From Candidatus Moraniibacteriota bacterium (GTDB lineage Bacteria > Patescibacteriota > Minisyncoccia > Moranbacterales > UBA9337), in assembly GCA_038331135.1 (NCBI GenBank), contig JBBQOS010000001.1:9140-73139 (forward strand): a stretch of DNA of 64,000 nucleotides, read 5' to 3'. The notes under the pieces were generated by a model. That model saw only the letters and a program-made list of their open reading frames with translations. It made no database searches and was not told where the DNA came from. The position numbers were made by a program, and so were the translations under genes. This document shows positions 21,263 to 28,435 of the stretch, piece after piece; within the stretch, counting starts at the first letter, position 1, and the number at the start of each line of letters is the position of its first letter.

Positions 21263-22315
21263 TTATTTAAAATTTCTCAATCCTGAGTAAACAACGTTTA
21301 CATCACTTGGGTTATAAACAATTCCTGAAATTAGTTTACCTGTGTTTAACTGATAAGTCGACCAATTTCCACCACCATCAACGGATTTGTATATTGCTTG
21401 AGCAGCACTATAAATTATCTCTCTGGAATTTCTTGGATTAATAGCTACTGATCGAATAGGAAATCCTTTGGAAGTGTCCAATACCCCTATCTCCTCGATA
21501 TTTTCTCCGGCATCATAACTTCTAAAAATACCACTATCCGTACCTATAAAAATACCATTCCTGTCACCCTGACTAACTGCTATAGAATAAGCCTTGCCCA
21601 TTTTATTTTTTATATCTGCTAGTTTTCCTTCAATAACTTTAAAATTATCCCCATTAATATCTGATGATAATATGTCATTTTCATGAACCAAAAAATAAAT
21701 ATGACTGTCTAAACCTCCGCCAAAAAGTATTTTCGTAACTGGTCCAGTTGCTTTATAAACACTTCTCCATGTATCTCCGCCATCCACTGTTCTCAAAATA
21801 GCACCTTCGGAAGTGCCTATATATAGAATCATTGGATTTTTTCTATCCATGGCCAAAGAAACAATAACTGTACCATCAGCTGGTTCGGTATAAATTTCCT
21901 GCCAATCCTCTCCATAATTATCAGTTTTATATACCTTTCCTCGTTTTCCATAAACACCTAGCGCTACTACGTTACTTGGCTTGAAATAATTTACCGCCAC
22001 CCCATAAACTTTACTGGCTGGAAACTTTAATTTTTCCCAGCTCTCTGCTCCGTTTTTTGAAACAACCACGCCCTTATCTCTAGTTCCCAGATAAATTCTT
22101 TTATTATCCACTGGGTCAATAGCTATATCAAAAATATCAACTTTGGATATGTTTTGTTTATCGTTAACCTGATTTTTTAAATCCCAGCTTACGCCGCTAT
22201 CTGCTGATTTTAAAATTCCACCAATTTCCCCCGCCGTGCTACTTCCTGTCAATGAACATCCAGAAAGAATGGCAACTCCAAGTAAAAGTACACAAAATTG
22301 ACCATATTTTTTCAT
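21263..22315 (-). CDS. BNR/Asp-box repeat beta-propeller lipoprotein
   Basis: It has a lipobox (LSGCS) and repeated SxDxGxxW motifs: SADSGVSWD, SKNGAESWE, TDNYGEDWQ, TVDGGDTWR, SVDGGGNWS. Confidence 0.7.
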   Translation of the reverse strand: MKKYGQFCVLLLGVAILSGCSLTGSSTAGEIGGILKSADSGVSWDLKNQVNDKQNISKVDIFDIAIDPVDNKRIYLGTRDKGVVVSKNGAESWEKLKFPASKVYGVAVNYFKPSNVVALGVYGKRGKVYKTDNYGEDWQEIYTEPADGTVIVSLAMDRKNPMILYIGTSEGAILRTVDGGDTWRSVYKATGPVTKILFGGGLDSHIYFLVHENDILSSDINGDNFKVIEGKLADIKNKMGKAYSIAVSQGDRNGIFIGTDSGIFRSYDAGENIEEIGVLDTSKGFPIRSVAINPRNSREIIYSAAQAIYKSVDGGGNWSTYQLNTGKLISGIVYNPSDVNVVYSGLRNFK

Positions 22316-22572
22316 ATTGCAAAAATTTTAAAATATTATTATTTAATTTAATTATATTACAATAATAAAAAAAACTCAATGCGCAACAGGATCACTGATC
22401 ATAAAACATGCCAACAATAAAAATTATTCTTCTAAAAATATTATGCAGAGATTATTTTTAGTTTTGAGTTTTTTCCAATGGATATTACCTAAATGATTTA
22501 GATTAATTTAGCATAGTAGCTAATTGAAAATAGTATAAATATTTAGCAAAAAGATACTATTTATCCAGTCTA

Positions 22573-22610
22573 ATTGTACAGACGAGGCATACCTCGTCTG
22601 TACAATTTTT
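22573..22610 (+). terminator. strong terminator-like hairpin with no upstream ORF
   Basis: ATTGTACAGACGAGG-CATA-CCTCGTCTGTACAAT is followed by TTTT. Confidence 0.5.
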
Positions 22611-22646
22611 AATTAAGCCTAAATATAAAATATTCAGTAAATCTAT

Positions 22647-22694
22647 CTATATTTCTTTCTATATTTCTTTCTATGTTTCTTTCCATGTTTCTGT
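22647..22694. repeat. 4 x 12-bp tandem repeat (CTATRTTTCTTT)
   Basis: Read directly as ctatatttcttt ctatatttcttt ctatgtttcttt ccatgtttctgt. Confidence 0.8.
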
Positions 22695-22733
22695 TAGTGT
22701 CTCTTTTAATAGCCTCATTTAAAATTTATTTTT

Positions 22734-22780
22734 CAGTCAAATTGATACATACGTATCAATTTGACTGGATTTTTATTTTT
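22734..22780 (+). terminator. second terminator-like hairpin, 15-bp perfect arms
   Basis: CAGTCAAATTGATAC-ATAC-GTATCAATTTGACTG is followed by a T-rich run. Confidence 0.5.
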
Positions 22781-22903
22781 TAAATCTCTTTGCGGTCCTG
22801 AAAGCTATTCACTTTCAGCTCTCCCGACTGAGCTTCTCAAATACTAAGATGCTAAATTTCTAAAACAAAAAACACTAACCAAAAGATTAGTGAATTTAAT
22901 ATG

Positions 22904-22976
22904 TGCGCCGTGGGGGATTCGAACCCTCGACCATCAGCTTAAAAGGCTGTTGCTCTACCAACTGAGCTAACGGCGC
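22904..22976 (-). tRNA. tRNA-Lys (anticodon UUU)
   Basis: Manual cloverleaf: GCGCCGT/ACGGCGC acceptor, anticodon loop CTTTTAA, T-loop GGTTCGAATCC. Confidence 0.9.
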
Positions 22977-23262
22977 ATATTGCATATTTAGAAAAATAAA
23001 ATATTCCCCAATGCTGGGTTTATTTATTTCTTATACTTTATATTAATTTTAAGCAAATATAGAATACTATAAAATTATAGCTTTTTCAAAATAAAAGTCA
23101 ACCCCGCCAGAGATGAAAATGCTTAAATTAGTTACTTCCCTCTCGAACTGAGGCTAAATCAGCTTTTAAACACACGAACTATTGATTTTAATTAACCAGC
23201 ATGCTATTATTTTTAGGTATTGTTTTTGATTATGTTTTCAGAAAAGCAGAAGTCTATAGAGT

Positions 23263-23334
23263 GGCGATCATAGTTCAGTGGTAGAACATCGGTTTGTGGT
23301 ACCGAGTATCAGGGTCCGATTCCCTGTGATCGCC
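23263..23334 (+). tRNA. tRNA-His (anticodon GUG) with encoded G-1
   Basis: Acceptor GCGATCA/TGATCGC, an extra 5' G opposite discriminator C, and anticodon loop TTGTGGT. Confidence 0.9.
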
Positions 23335-23428
23335 CCTTTGTAGATTTCAAATAAAAATTATTTAATTAAAAATAAGCTCTTGTGGTGAAATAGATATCAC
23401 ACTTGGCGGAGTTTATCCCGCTTAACGT

Positions 23429-23501
23429 GCGCCCATAGCTCAACGGATAGAGTGTCTGGCTTCGGACCAGAAGGTTCTAGGTTCGAGTCCTAGTGGGCGC
23501 A
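23429..23501 (+). tRNA. tRNA-Arg (anticodon UCG)
   Basis: Acceptor GCGCCCA/TGGGCGC, anticodon stem TCTGG/CCAGA with loop CTTCGGA, and T-loop GGTTCGAGTCC. Confidence 0.9.
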
Positions 23502-23524
23502 CATTGTGCGGGAGACCAAGCGTT

Positions 23525-23552
23525 TCAGGTTCGATTCCTGGCAAGAGCACCA
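23525..23552 (+). pseudogene. orphan tRNA 3' fragment (T-arm, acceptor 3' strand, discriminator A, encoded CCA)
   Basis: It reads TCAGG-TTCGATT-CCTGG-CAAGAGC-A-CCA. No matching 5' half (GCTCTTG) lies upstream. It begins 24 nt after tRNA-Arg. Confidence 0.6.
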
Positions 23553-23597
23553 ACAACGAACTATTTGAAAAAGGAAAGGGTGTTTTTCTTTCGAGGT

Positions 23598-23852
23598 TCT
23601 GCCCGTAAAGATATTCGGGCAGTGTGGCAGGGCGAAATGCGGACTCGGTTTTGCGAAGCTATTTTCTGGGGAAAGGATTTGGCAAAACCTCGGCTGATTT
23701 TTGGTGGTGGTTTCCCGCCCGCAGAAAAGGGTCTGGGGAATGAATGCGGGCGGGGCTTGTGTTAACTACAAAATCATGGTAGGGTAGCTTCAGAAGAAAT
23801 CCTTTGGATTTCTCGAAAATTGTACATTCACAAACTAAACAAGGAGACGACA
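23598..23852 (+). promoter_or_regulatory. structured 5' leader of trpS (copy A of inverted-repeat leader)
   Basis: Hairpins are CTGCCCG/CGGGCAG (23599-23622), GTTTTGC/GCAAAAC (23648-23688), CCCGCCCGCA/TGCGGGCGGG (23714-23754) and AGAAATCC/GGATTTCT (23793-23813). An AAGGAG SD lies 7 nt before the ATG. Confidence 0.6.
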
Positions 23853-24845
23853 ATGGAAACAGTTCTATCAGGAATCCGCGCCACGGGGCGCCTACATTTT
23901 GGCAACTTTCTTGGAGCCGTGCAAAACTTCGTGAAGTTCCAACAACCCGGCAATACCTGCCTCTACTTCATCGCCGATTGGCACACACTGACAACACTCG
24001 AAAATCCAGAAGATCTTCGAGGTAATCTGGTTGAGATTGTGAAAGATTACATTGCCGCTGGTCTCGATCCAGAGCAATCAATCATTTACGCTCAGTCAAG
24101 TGTGCCGGAAATCTCCGAACTGTGTCTGTATCTTTCCATGATTCAGCCAATTGGTGAGCTTGAACGCGTTCCGACATTCAAAGATTTGATTCGTAAGAAT
24201 CCAGACAACGTGAATCTTGGGCTCGTGACCTATCCCGTTCTTATGGCGGCAGATATTCTCGGTCCTAAAGCGACACTCGTGCCGGTTGGCGAGGATCAGA
24301 TTCCAAATGTTGAAATGGCGCGCAATCTCGCGAACAGATTCAACAAACGTTTTGGAAACACCTTCGTCATCCCCGAGATGATGGCGCAAATGATAAAAGT
24401 GCCAGGGCTTGACGGCGCAAAGATGGGAAAATCGGAAGCGGACAACGCTATCGACATCAATGTCTCTATTGAAGCAATCCGCGACCAGTATCTGAAGAAG
24501 GGAATTACGGATCCACAACGTCTCCGAGTTACTGATCCCGGCGATCCATACAATCGTTGCCAGTCTGTGTACCCTGTGCACGAACTGGTGACGAATGGCG
24601 AGACAACAACTCGAGAGATTGCCAATCTCTGCATCTCGGCTCAAATCGGCTGTGTTGCCTGTAAGCATCGTTTGGTTGATGGCATCGCAAAGATTCTGGA
24701 ACCCTTTCAGGAAAAACGTGCCGGTCTCGTCAACCAAAATGATTACGTCAAAGATGTACTTCATGAGGGTGGCAAGAAAGCTCGCGTCAGAATCAAGGCA
24801 ACCACCGAGCTTGTTCGAGAGAGAATGGGCATTGTTCTCTATTAA
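23853..24845 (+). CDS. trpS: tryptophanyl-tRNA synthetase (C-x23-C-x6-C-x2-C type)
   Basis: It has a HIGH-like HFGN, YFIADWHTLT, YPVLMAADIL, VPVGEDQ and a KMSKS-like KMGKS, and is 330 aa. I place the start at ATG 23853 (SD AAGGAG), not the track's 23820. Confidence 0.85.
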   Translation: METVLSGIRATGRLHFGNFLGAVQNFVKFQQPGNTCLYFIADWHTLTTLENPEDLRGNLVEIVKDYIAAGLDPEQSIIYAQSSVPEISELCLYLSMIQPIGELERVPTFKDLIRKNPDNVNLGLVTYPVLMAADILGPKATLVPVGEDQIPNVEMARNLANRFNKRFGNTFVIPEMMAQMIKVPGLDGAKMGKSEADNAIDINVSIEAIRDQYLKKGITDPQRLRVTDPGDPYNRCQSVYPVHELVTNGETTTREIANLCISAQIGCVACKHRLVDGIAKILEPFQEKRAGLVNQNDYVKDVLHEGGKKARVRIKATTELVRERMGIVLY

Positions 24846-24860
24846 GATCGAGTATACTTA

Positions 24861-24902
24861 ATGGGCACCTAAAACCGCAAGATTTTAGGTGCCCATTTTT
24901 TA
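24861..24902 (+). terminator. rho-independent terminator after trpS
   Basis: ATGGGCACCTAAAA-CCGCAAGA-TTTTAGGTGCCCAT is followed by TTTTTT. Confidence 0.8.
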
Positions 24903-24904
24903 AT

Positions 24905-24948
24905 TTGACAACGATAGCCTAACCATGATAAGCTTACTCATGGTTAGG
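24905..24948 (+). promoter_or_regulatory. candidate promoter (TTGACA) overlapped by 11-bp perfect palindrome
   Basis: TTGACA is at 24905-24910, with TGATAAGCT as a possible extended -10. The palindrome is CCTAACCATGA-N9-TCATGGTTAGG at 24918-24948. Confidence 0.4.
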
Positions 24949-24974
24949 TTGCTGTACATTTATAGATACTAAAA

Positions 24975-25226
24975 CTCACATCTGGTTCCCTTGATTAATC
25001 AAGGGGTTGGGGCTAGATAGTTTCGCGATATACTATCCGAGACAAAGTGGTCTTTGCATAAGTGAAGACTCGGCATTCCTCCGTAATCATAGGAAAAACC
25101 GAAATCGGCTGAAAAGCATAGAGTCGGTATGAGTCCCGAGAGTAATCAAGGGAGAAGTAAGGTGGCACCGCGGAAATCCGCCCTTACGATATGAGCAATT
25201 TTGCTTGTATCGCAAGGGCGGTTTTT
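24975..25226 (+). promoter_or_regulatory. T-box riboswitch leader (antiterminator/terminator clearly readable; Stem I not resolved)
   Basis: The T-box sequence is GTAAGG-TGGCACC-GCGG-AAAT-CCGC-CCTTAC (25157-25187). The overlapping terminator is CCGCCCTTACGATATGAGCAA/TTGCTTGTATCGCAAGGGCGG plus TTTTT (25178-25226). Confidence 0.75.
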
Positions 25227-25255
25227 CATTTATTAACTCTTAAAACAACATTACT

Positions 25256-26320
25256 ATGAGTAAAGACAATCACTGCTACAAAGAACCAAATATAGAAACA
25301 AATATGTTTGAGGTTCAACAAACAAATAAACATGAGAAATTGATTTTTGGATCAGACGCAAAGTCTGGTCTGAAAATTATTCTCGCCATTCATAATACTA
25401 CCTTAGGGCCAAGTACCGGTGGTACACGAATGGCACTCGTCCCAGAAAAAACAGCTATTGATGAAGCTCTCCGTCTTTCGTATGCAATGACATTTAAATG
25501 CGCGATTATGGATGAACCTTTCGGTGGTTCAAAAGCTGTTATTATTGGTGATCCATCAAAACCAAAATCAAAAGAATTTCTCCACGCTCTTGGTGATTTT
25601 ATTGAATCACTCGGCGGAGCATTCCTGACTGGTGTAGATATGGGTCTTTCGTTAGAGGATGCAAAAATTATCGGCGAGCGGACAAAATATATTTTTAACT
25701 CCCAAGGTTCTTCTGGTGTTACTACTGCCCATGGCGTTTTCAAGGGTATTAAGGAAACGGTCTCTTATGTGTTACATAAAAACAGACTAAAGGATGTACG
25801 TATCGCGGTCCAAGGACTTGGGGCTGTCGGCGGTACGCTTGTTGAACTACTCTTTGCTGAAGGTGCGAGGGTTTTTGTTTCAGATATTGATCCTAAAATG
25901 ACAGAGAAGTATAAAATGATGGCAACCGTTGTTGATAATGATACGATACACAGTATTGATTGTGATGTATTTGCGCCTTGTGCTGTTGGAGAAATTGTCA
26001 ATGATAAAAGCATCAAGGAATTTCGGTGTAAGATTATTGCTGGAGGTGCCAACAATCAATTAAAAGACGAAACCAAACATGCCAAGGAATTACACTCTAT
26101 GGGAATCCTTCATGCTCCAGATTTTGTAATTAATGGTGGTGGTGTATGCCATGGTATGTGTGAAGTAAAAGGAATTGATGTGTCCAACGCTCTTAAAAAG
26201 ACAGATATTATCCCAAGTATATTGCGTACCATTTATGATCGGTCAAAGCAAACAAATACACCACCGCTCCATATAGCCTATGAAATAGCCTATGAAAAAC
26301 TCAAAGTCACCAAAAAATAA
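25256..26320 (+). CDS. Glu/Leu/Phe/Val-family amino-acid dehydrogenase (substrate unknown)
   Basis: It has LGPSTGGTRM...ALRLSYAMTFKCAIMDEPFGGSKAVIIGDP (catalytic Lys context) and a Rossmann motif VQGLGAVGG. Confidence 0.8.
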   Translation: MSKDNHCYKEPNIETNMFEVQQTNKHEKLIFGSDAKSGLKIILAIHNTTLGPSTGGTRMALVPEKTAIDEALRLSYAMTFKCAIMDEPFGGSKAVIIGDPSKPKSKEFLHALGDFIESLGGAFLTGVDMGLSLEDAKIIGERTKYIFNSQGSSGVTTAHGVFKGIKETVSYVLHKNRLKDVRIAVQGLGAVGGTLVELLFAEGARVFVSDIDPKMTEKYKMMATVVDNDTIHSIDCDVFAPCAVGEIVNDKSIKEFRCKIIAGGANNQLKDETKHAKELHSMGILHAPDFVINGGGVCHGMCEVKGIDVSNALKKTDIIPSILRTIYDRSKQTNTPPLHIAYEIAYEKLKVTKK

Positions 26321-27425
26321 TCCGATTTCAGATCGAGTTAAAAACATACAATACTCGGCAATCAGAAAAAGTTTTACCACCGGATCGAGTAAAAATATCA
26401 TAAATGCGACCATCGGTCGTCCTGATTTTGATGTGTCGAGTGAAGTCAAAGAACAAGCAAAATTACATATTGATCTCGGACATAATGCATATACGGAAAC
26501 AAAAGGTGTGTTGTCTCTACGACAAGCAATATCCGAATATTTACGAAAAAAGAATATCAGCCGCACCGCAGATGAAATCATTGTTACATCCGGTACAACC
26601 TCTGCAATTTTTATGGTGATATCCTCTCTCGTTAATCCCGATGATGAAGTGATTATTTTTGAACCATATTTCGTAGCGTATCCTGAAGTAATAAAAATGG
26701 TTGGCGGCAAATGCATCATTCTAAAAACGACTTCTGATTTTCACCCAGACATCGCGTTGTTAGAAAAAACTGTTACAAAAAAGACAAAATTGATAATTAT
26801 AAATAGTCCAAACAATCCTACCGGTGCGGTGTACTCGTCAGAAACAATAAATCATATTGTGCGTATTGCGAAGAAAGTAGGTGCGTACATTCTTTCGGAC
26901 GAAATTTATCACGATTTCATATATGGTGAGACTCCATATTATTCGCCCGCCGAAATATATAGCAAAGCGATAATCGTTGACGGTCTTTCAAAATCAAAAG
27001 GTATGTCCGGCTGGAGAATAGGGTTTGTGGCAGGTCCTAAGAATATTATTGACGCTGTTGAAAAATTGCAACAGTTTACTTCAGTGTGTGCTCCTGCCCC
27101 GCTCCAGCATGCTTCAATCTTAGCTTTTACTGACCCGCTCGCCCCAAGTTACCTAGAAAAATACAAACAGAAAAGAAATTTGCTTATTGAAGGAATCAAG
27201 AATGAATATCAGGTAATAATACCCACTGGAGCTTTTTACCTATTTTTAGAAACACCAATTTCTGCTGATAGATTTACAGCTATTTTGGCAAAAAAAGGAC
27301 TAGCCGTGGTACCGGGTAGTGCGTTTGGTAACTACAAAAACTTTATTAGAATTTCGTATGCAGTCAGTGATAAAGAGATTGCACAAATGATTAAAATACT
27401 AAAAGATGCTGTTAAAGAAAAATGA
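26292..27425 (+). CDS. class I/II pyridoxal-phosphate aminotransferase (Asp/aromatic-type)
   Basis: It has N-terminal SAIRK, NSPNNPTG and the PLP-lysine context LSKSKGMSGWRIGF. It overlaps the dehydrogenase by 29 nt. Confidence 0.8.
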   Translation: MKNSKSPKNNPISDRVKNIQYSAIRKSFTTGSSKNIINATIGRPDFDVSSEVKEQAKLHIDLGHNAYTETKGVLSLRQAISEYLRKKNISRTADEIIVTSGTTSAIFMVISSLVNPDDEVIIFEPYFVAYPEVIKMVGGKCIILKTTSDFHPDIALLEKTVTKKTKLIIINSPNNPTGAVYSSETINHIVRIAKKVGAYILSDEIYHDFIYGETPYYSPAEIYSKAIIVDGLSKSKGMSGWRIGFVAGPKNIIDAVEKLQQFTSVCAPAPLQHASILAFTDPLAPSYLEKYKQKRNLLIEGIKNEYQVIIPTGAFYLFLETPISADRFTAILAKKGLAVVPGSAFGNYKNFIRISYAVSDKEIAQMIKILKDAVKEK

Positions 27426-27459
27426 CGCCATACTCGAAAGTACAGCGTCATTAAGTTTT
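27422..27459. terminator. bidirectional terminator between convergent operons
   Basis: ATGACGCCATACT-CGAA-AGTACAGCGTCAT has T-runs on both strands. Confidence 0.55.
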
Positions 27460-27472
27460 ACTAGTAGTGCGT

Positions 27473-28435
27473 TCAAGAGATGATTCCCTTGATTGCATGG
27501 AGCGTATCATGTTGGCTCTGTGGAAGCACATTGCCAATCACGTTGTTGAGAACAGTCACGACACCTTGCAGTTTGACACCGATTGGCTCCACGATGAGCG
27601 CCATACCCTTGGCAAAATACTTGGTGCTGATCAAAAATTTCTCAGGACCAAAAACATTTTGAACAAGTTTATGAATTCCGTTCGGCGTATACCAATGAGA
27701 CAGGAAGAATCCATCTCTACCTTGTGTCTGCCCAACAATCTGAAGGGCCGAGATAGATGGAATTGAGCCACTGGAAACCTGCCTTTGTATTGCCGAAAGA
27801 GAATCCCTCACAGCATTCTTCGTGGTTTCCTCGTCGAAAGTCGAGACCTTGGCTCGAACACCTATCGATAGGAGCTCTCTCTTTACCGAGAATCCTATCC
27901 AATCGAACAAGAATTCTTCGCCGAGAATCCGACCGTTCCGAAGATACTCGTCGTATCCACAGAACGGATATCCGGATTCCGGTTCAGCTTTGAAGAAGCT
28001 CTGACAGTTGTAGACCCCTATAATGAGGCGCCGGGGCTTACTCGCGATCTGCTGGCAAATGACGGAAATCTCACCCGGCAAGAATGTCATCTCCACACCA
28101 TGGTCGATGAACGGCTTGAGGATGGAAGACCTTGCCCGTTCGACTTGTTTAGGTGCAAGGTCGTTGAATACAACCTTGGAAACATACACCCCTATTCGGG
28201 AGAACATGTCCTCAAGAATCACCTTTGGATCACGACAACCGACGGCTCCGCCGAGTGTGATGATATCTTCGCAATCGATTTCTCGATACGCCGCAAGAGT
28301 AGCATCCAATTCCCCTTGGTTATCCGTCGTCATCTCTTCCGTTTCGTACGTACTGGACTGAGCGTCCCAGAAAGCCTTTTGGCCTTCGACTGTGAGGTTT
28401 GGCTTTTGCCAACCATCTTCTCTTGACTTACTCAT
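27473..28435 (-). CDS. hypothetical protein, weak class I SAM-methyltransferase-like N-terminal half plus unknown C-terminal domain
   Basis: It has FWDAQSSTYE, a motif I-like ITLGGAVGCRDP and a motif II-like VVFNDLAPKQVERA. An AAGGAG SD is present. Its ATG overlaps the upstream stop (ATGAGTAA). Confidence 0.35.
   Translation of the reverse strand: MSKSREDGWQKPNLTVEGQKAFWDAQSSTYETEEMTTDNQGELDATLAAYREIDCEDIITLGGAVGCRDPKVILEDMFSRIGVYVSKVVFNDLAPKQVERARSSILKPFIDHGVEMTFLPGEISVICQQIASKPRRLIIGVYNCQSFFKAEPESGYPFCGYDEYLRNGRILGEEFLFDWIGFSVKRELLSIGVRAKVSTFDEETTKNAVRDSLSAIQRQVSSGSIPSISALQIVGQTQGRDGFFLSHWYTPNGIHKLVQNVFGPEKFLISTKYFAKGMALIVEPIGVKLQGVVTVLNNVIGNVLPQSQHDTLHAIKGIIS

Noticed and set aside
22647-22694. 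A possible CRISPR array
   Set aside because: It has only four contiguous 12-bp units with no spacers, and no cas genes are in the window. It is a simple tandem repeat.
23493-23765. A 90-aa ORF spanning the tRNA-Arg 3' end and the trpS leader, and the analogous ORFs 28925..29131, 29005..29220 and 29106..29324
   Set aside because: They overlap a tRNA gene and the structured leaders. Indels between the two leader copies destroy any common reading frame. The region is better explained as noncoding RNA structure.
23820-23852. The N-terminal extension MYIHKLNKETT shared by the track ORFs for trpS and the ybaK-like gene (28935..28967)
   Set aside because: The extension starts at a non-ATG codon. 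The internal ATG is preceded by a perfect AAGGAG at 7-nt spacing in both copies. The shared peptide simply reflects the duplicated 5' UTR.
23598-23852. The idea that the duplicated leaders are degenerate T-boxes
   Set aside because: I found no UGGNACC bulge flanked by complementary helices. The GGTGGTGGTTTCCCGCC string of copy A is not conserved in copy B, and there is no Stem I-like K-turn or AGAGA arrangement. I keep it as an unknown leader class instead.
24096-24764. A 222-aa ORF on the minus strand, plus the nested 24296..24634 ORF
   Set aside because: It is entirely antisense to the well-supported trpS gene, in a GC-richer segment where stop codons are rare. It has no recognisable motifs. 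I treat it as a shadow ORF.
25390-26719. Minus-strand ORFs 25390..25743, 25765..26055 and 26243..26719
   Set aside because: They are antisense to the dehydrogenase and aminotransferase genes, have Ser/Pro-rich low-information translations, and lack an SD. They are shadow ORFs.
27467-28426. Plus-strand ORFs 27467..27766, 27757..27993, 28023..28361 and 28100..28426
   Set aside because: All are antisense to the 320-aa minus-strand gene, which has an AAGGAG SD and is coupled to the ybaK-like gene. The plus-strand ORFs overlap one another in different frames.
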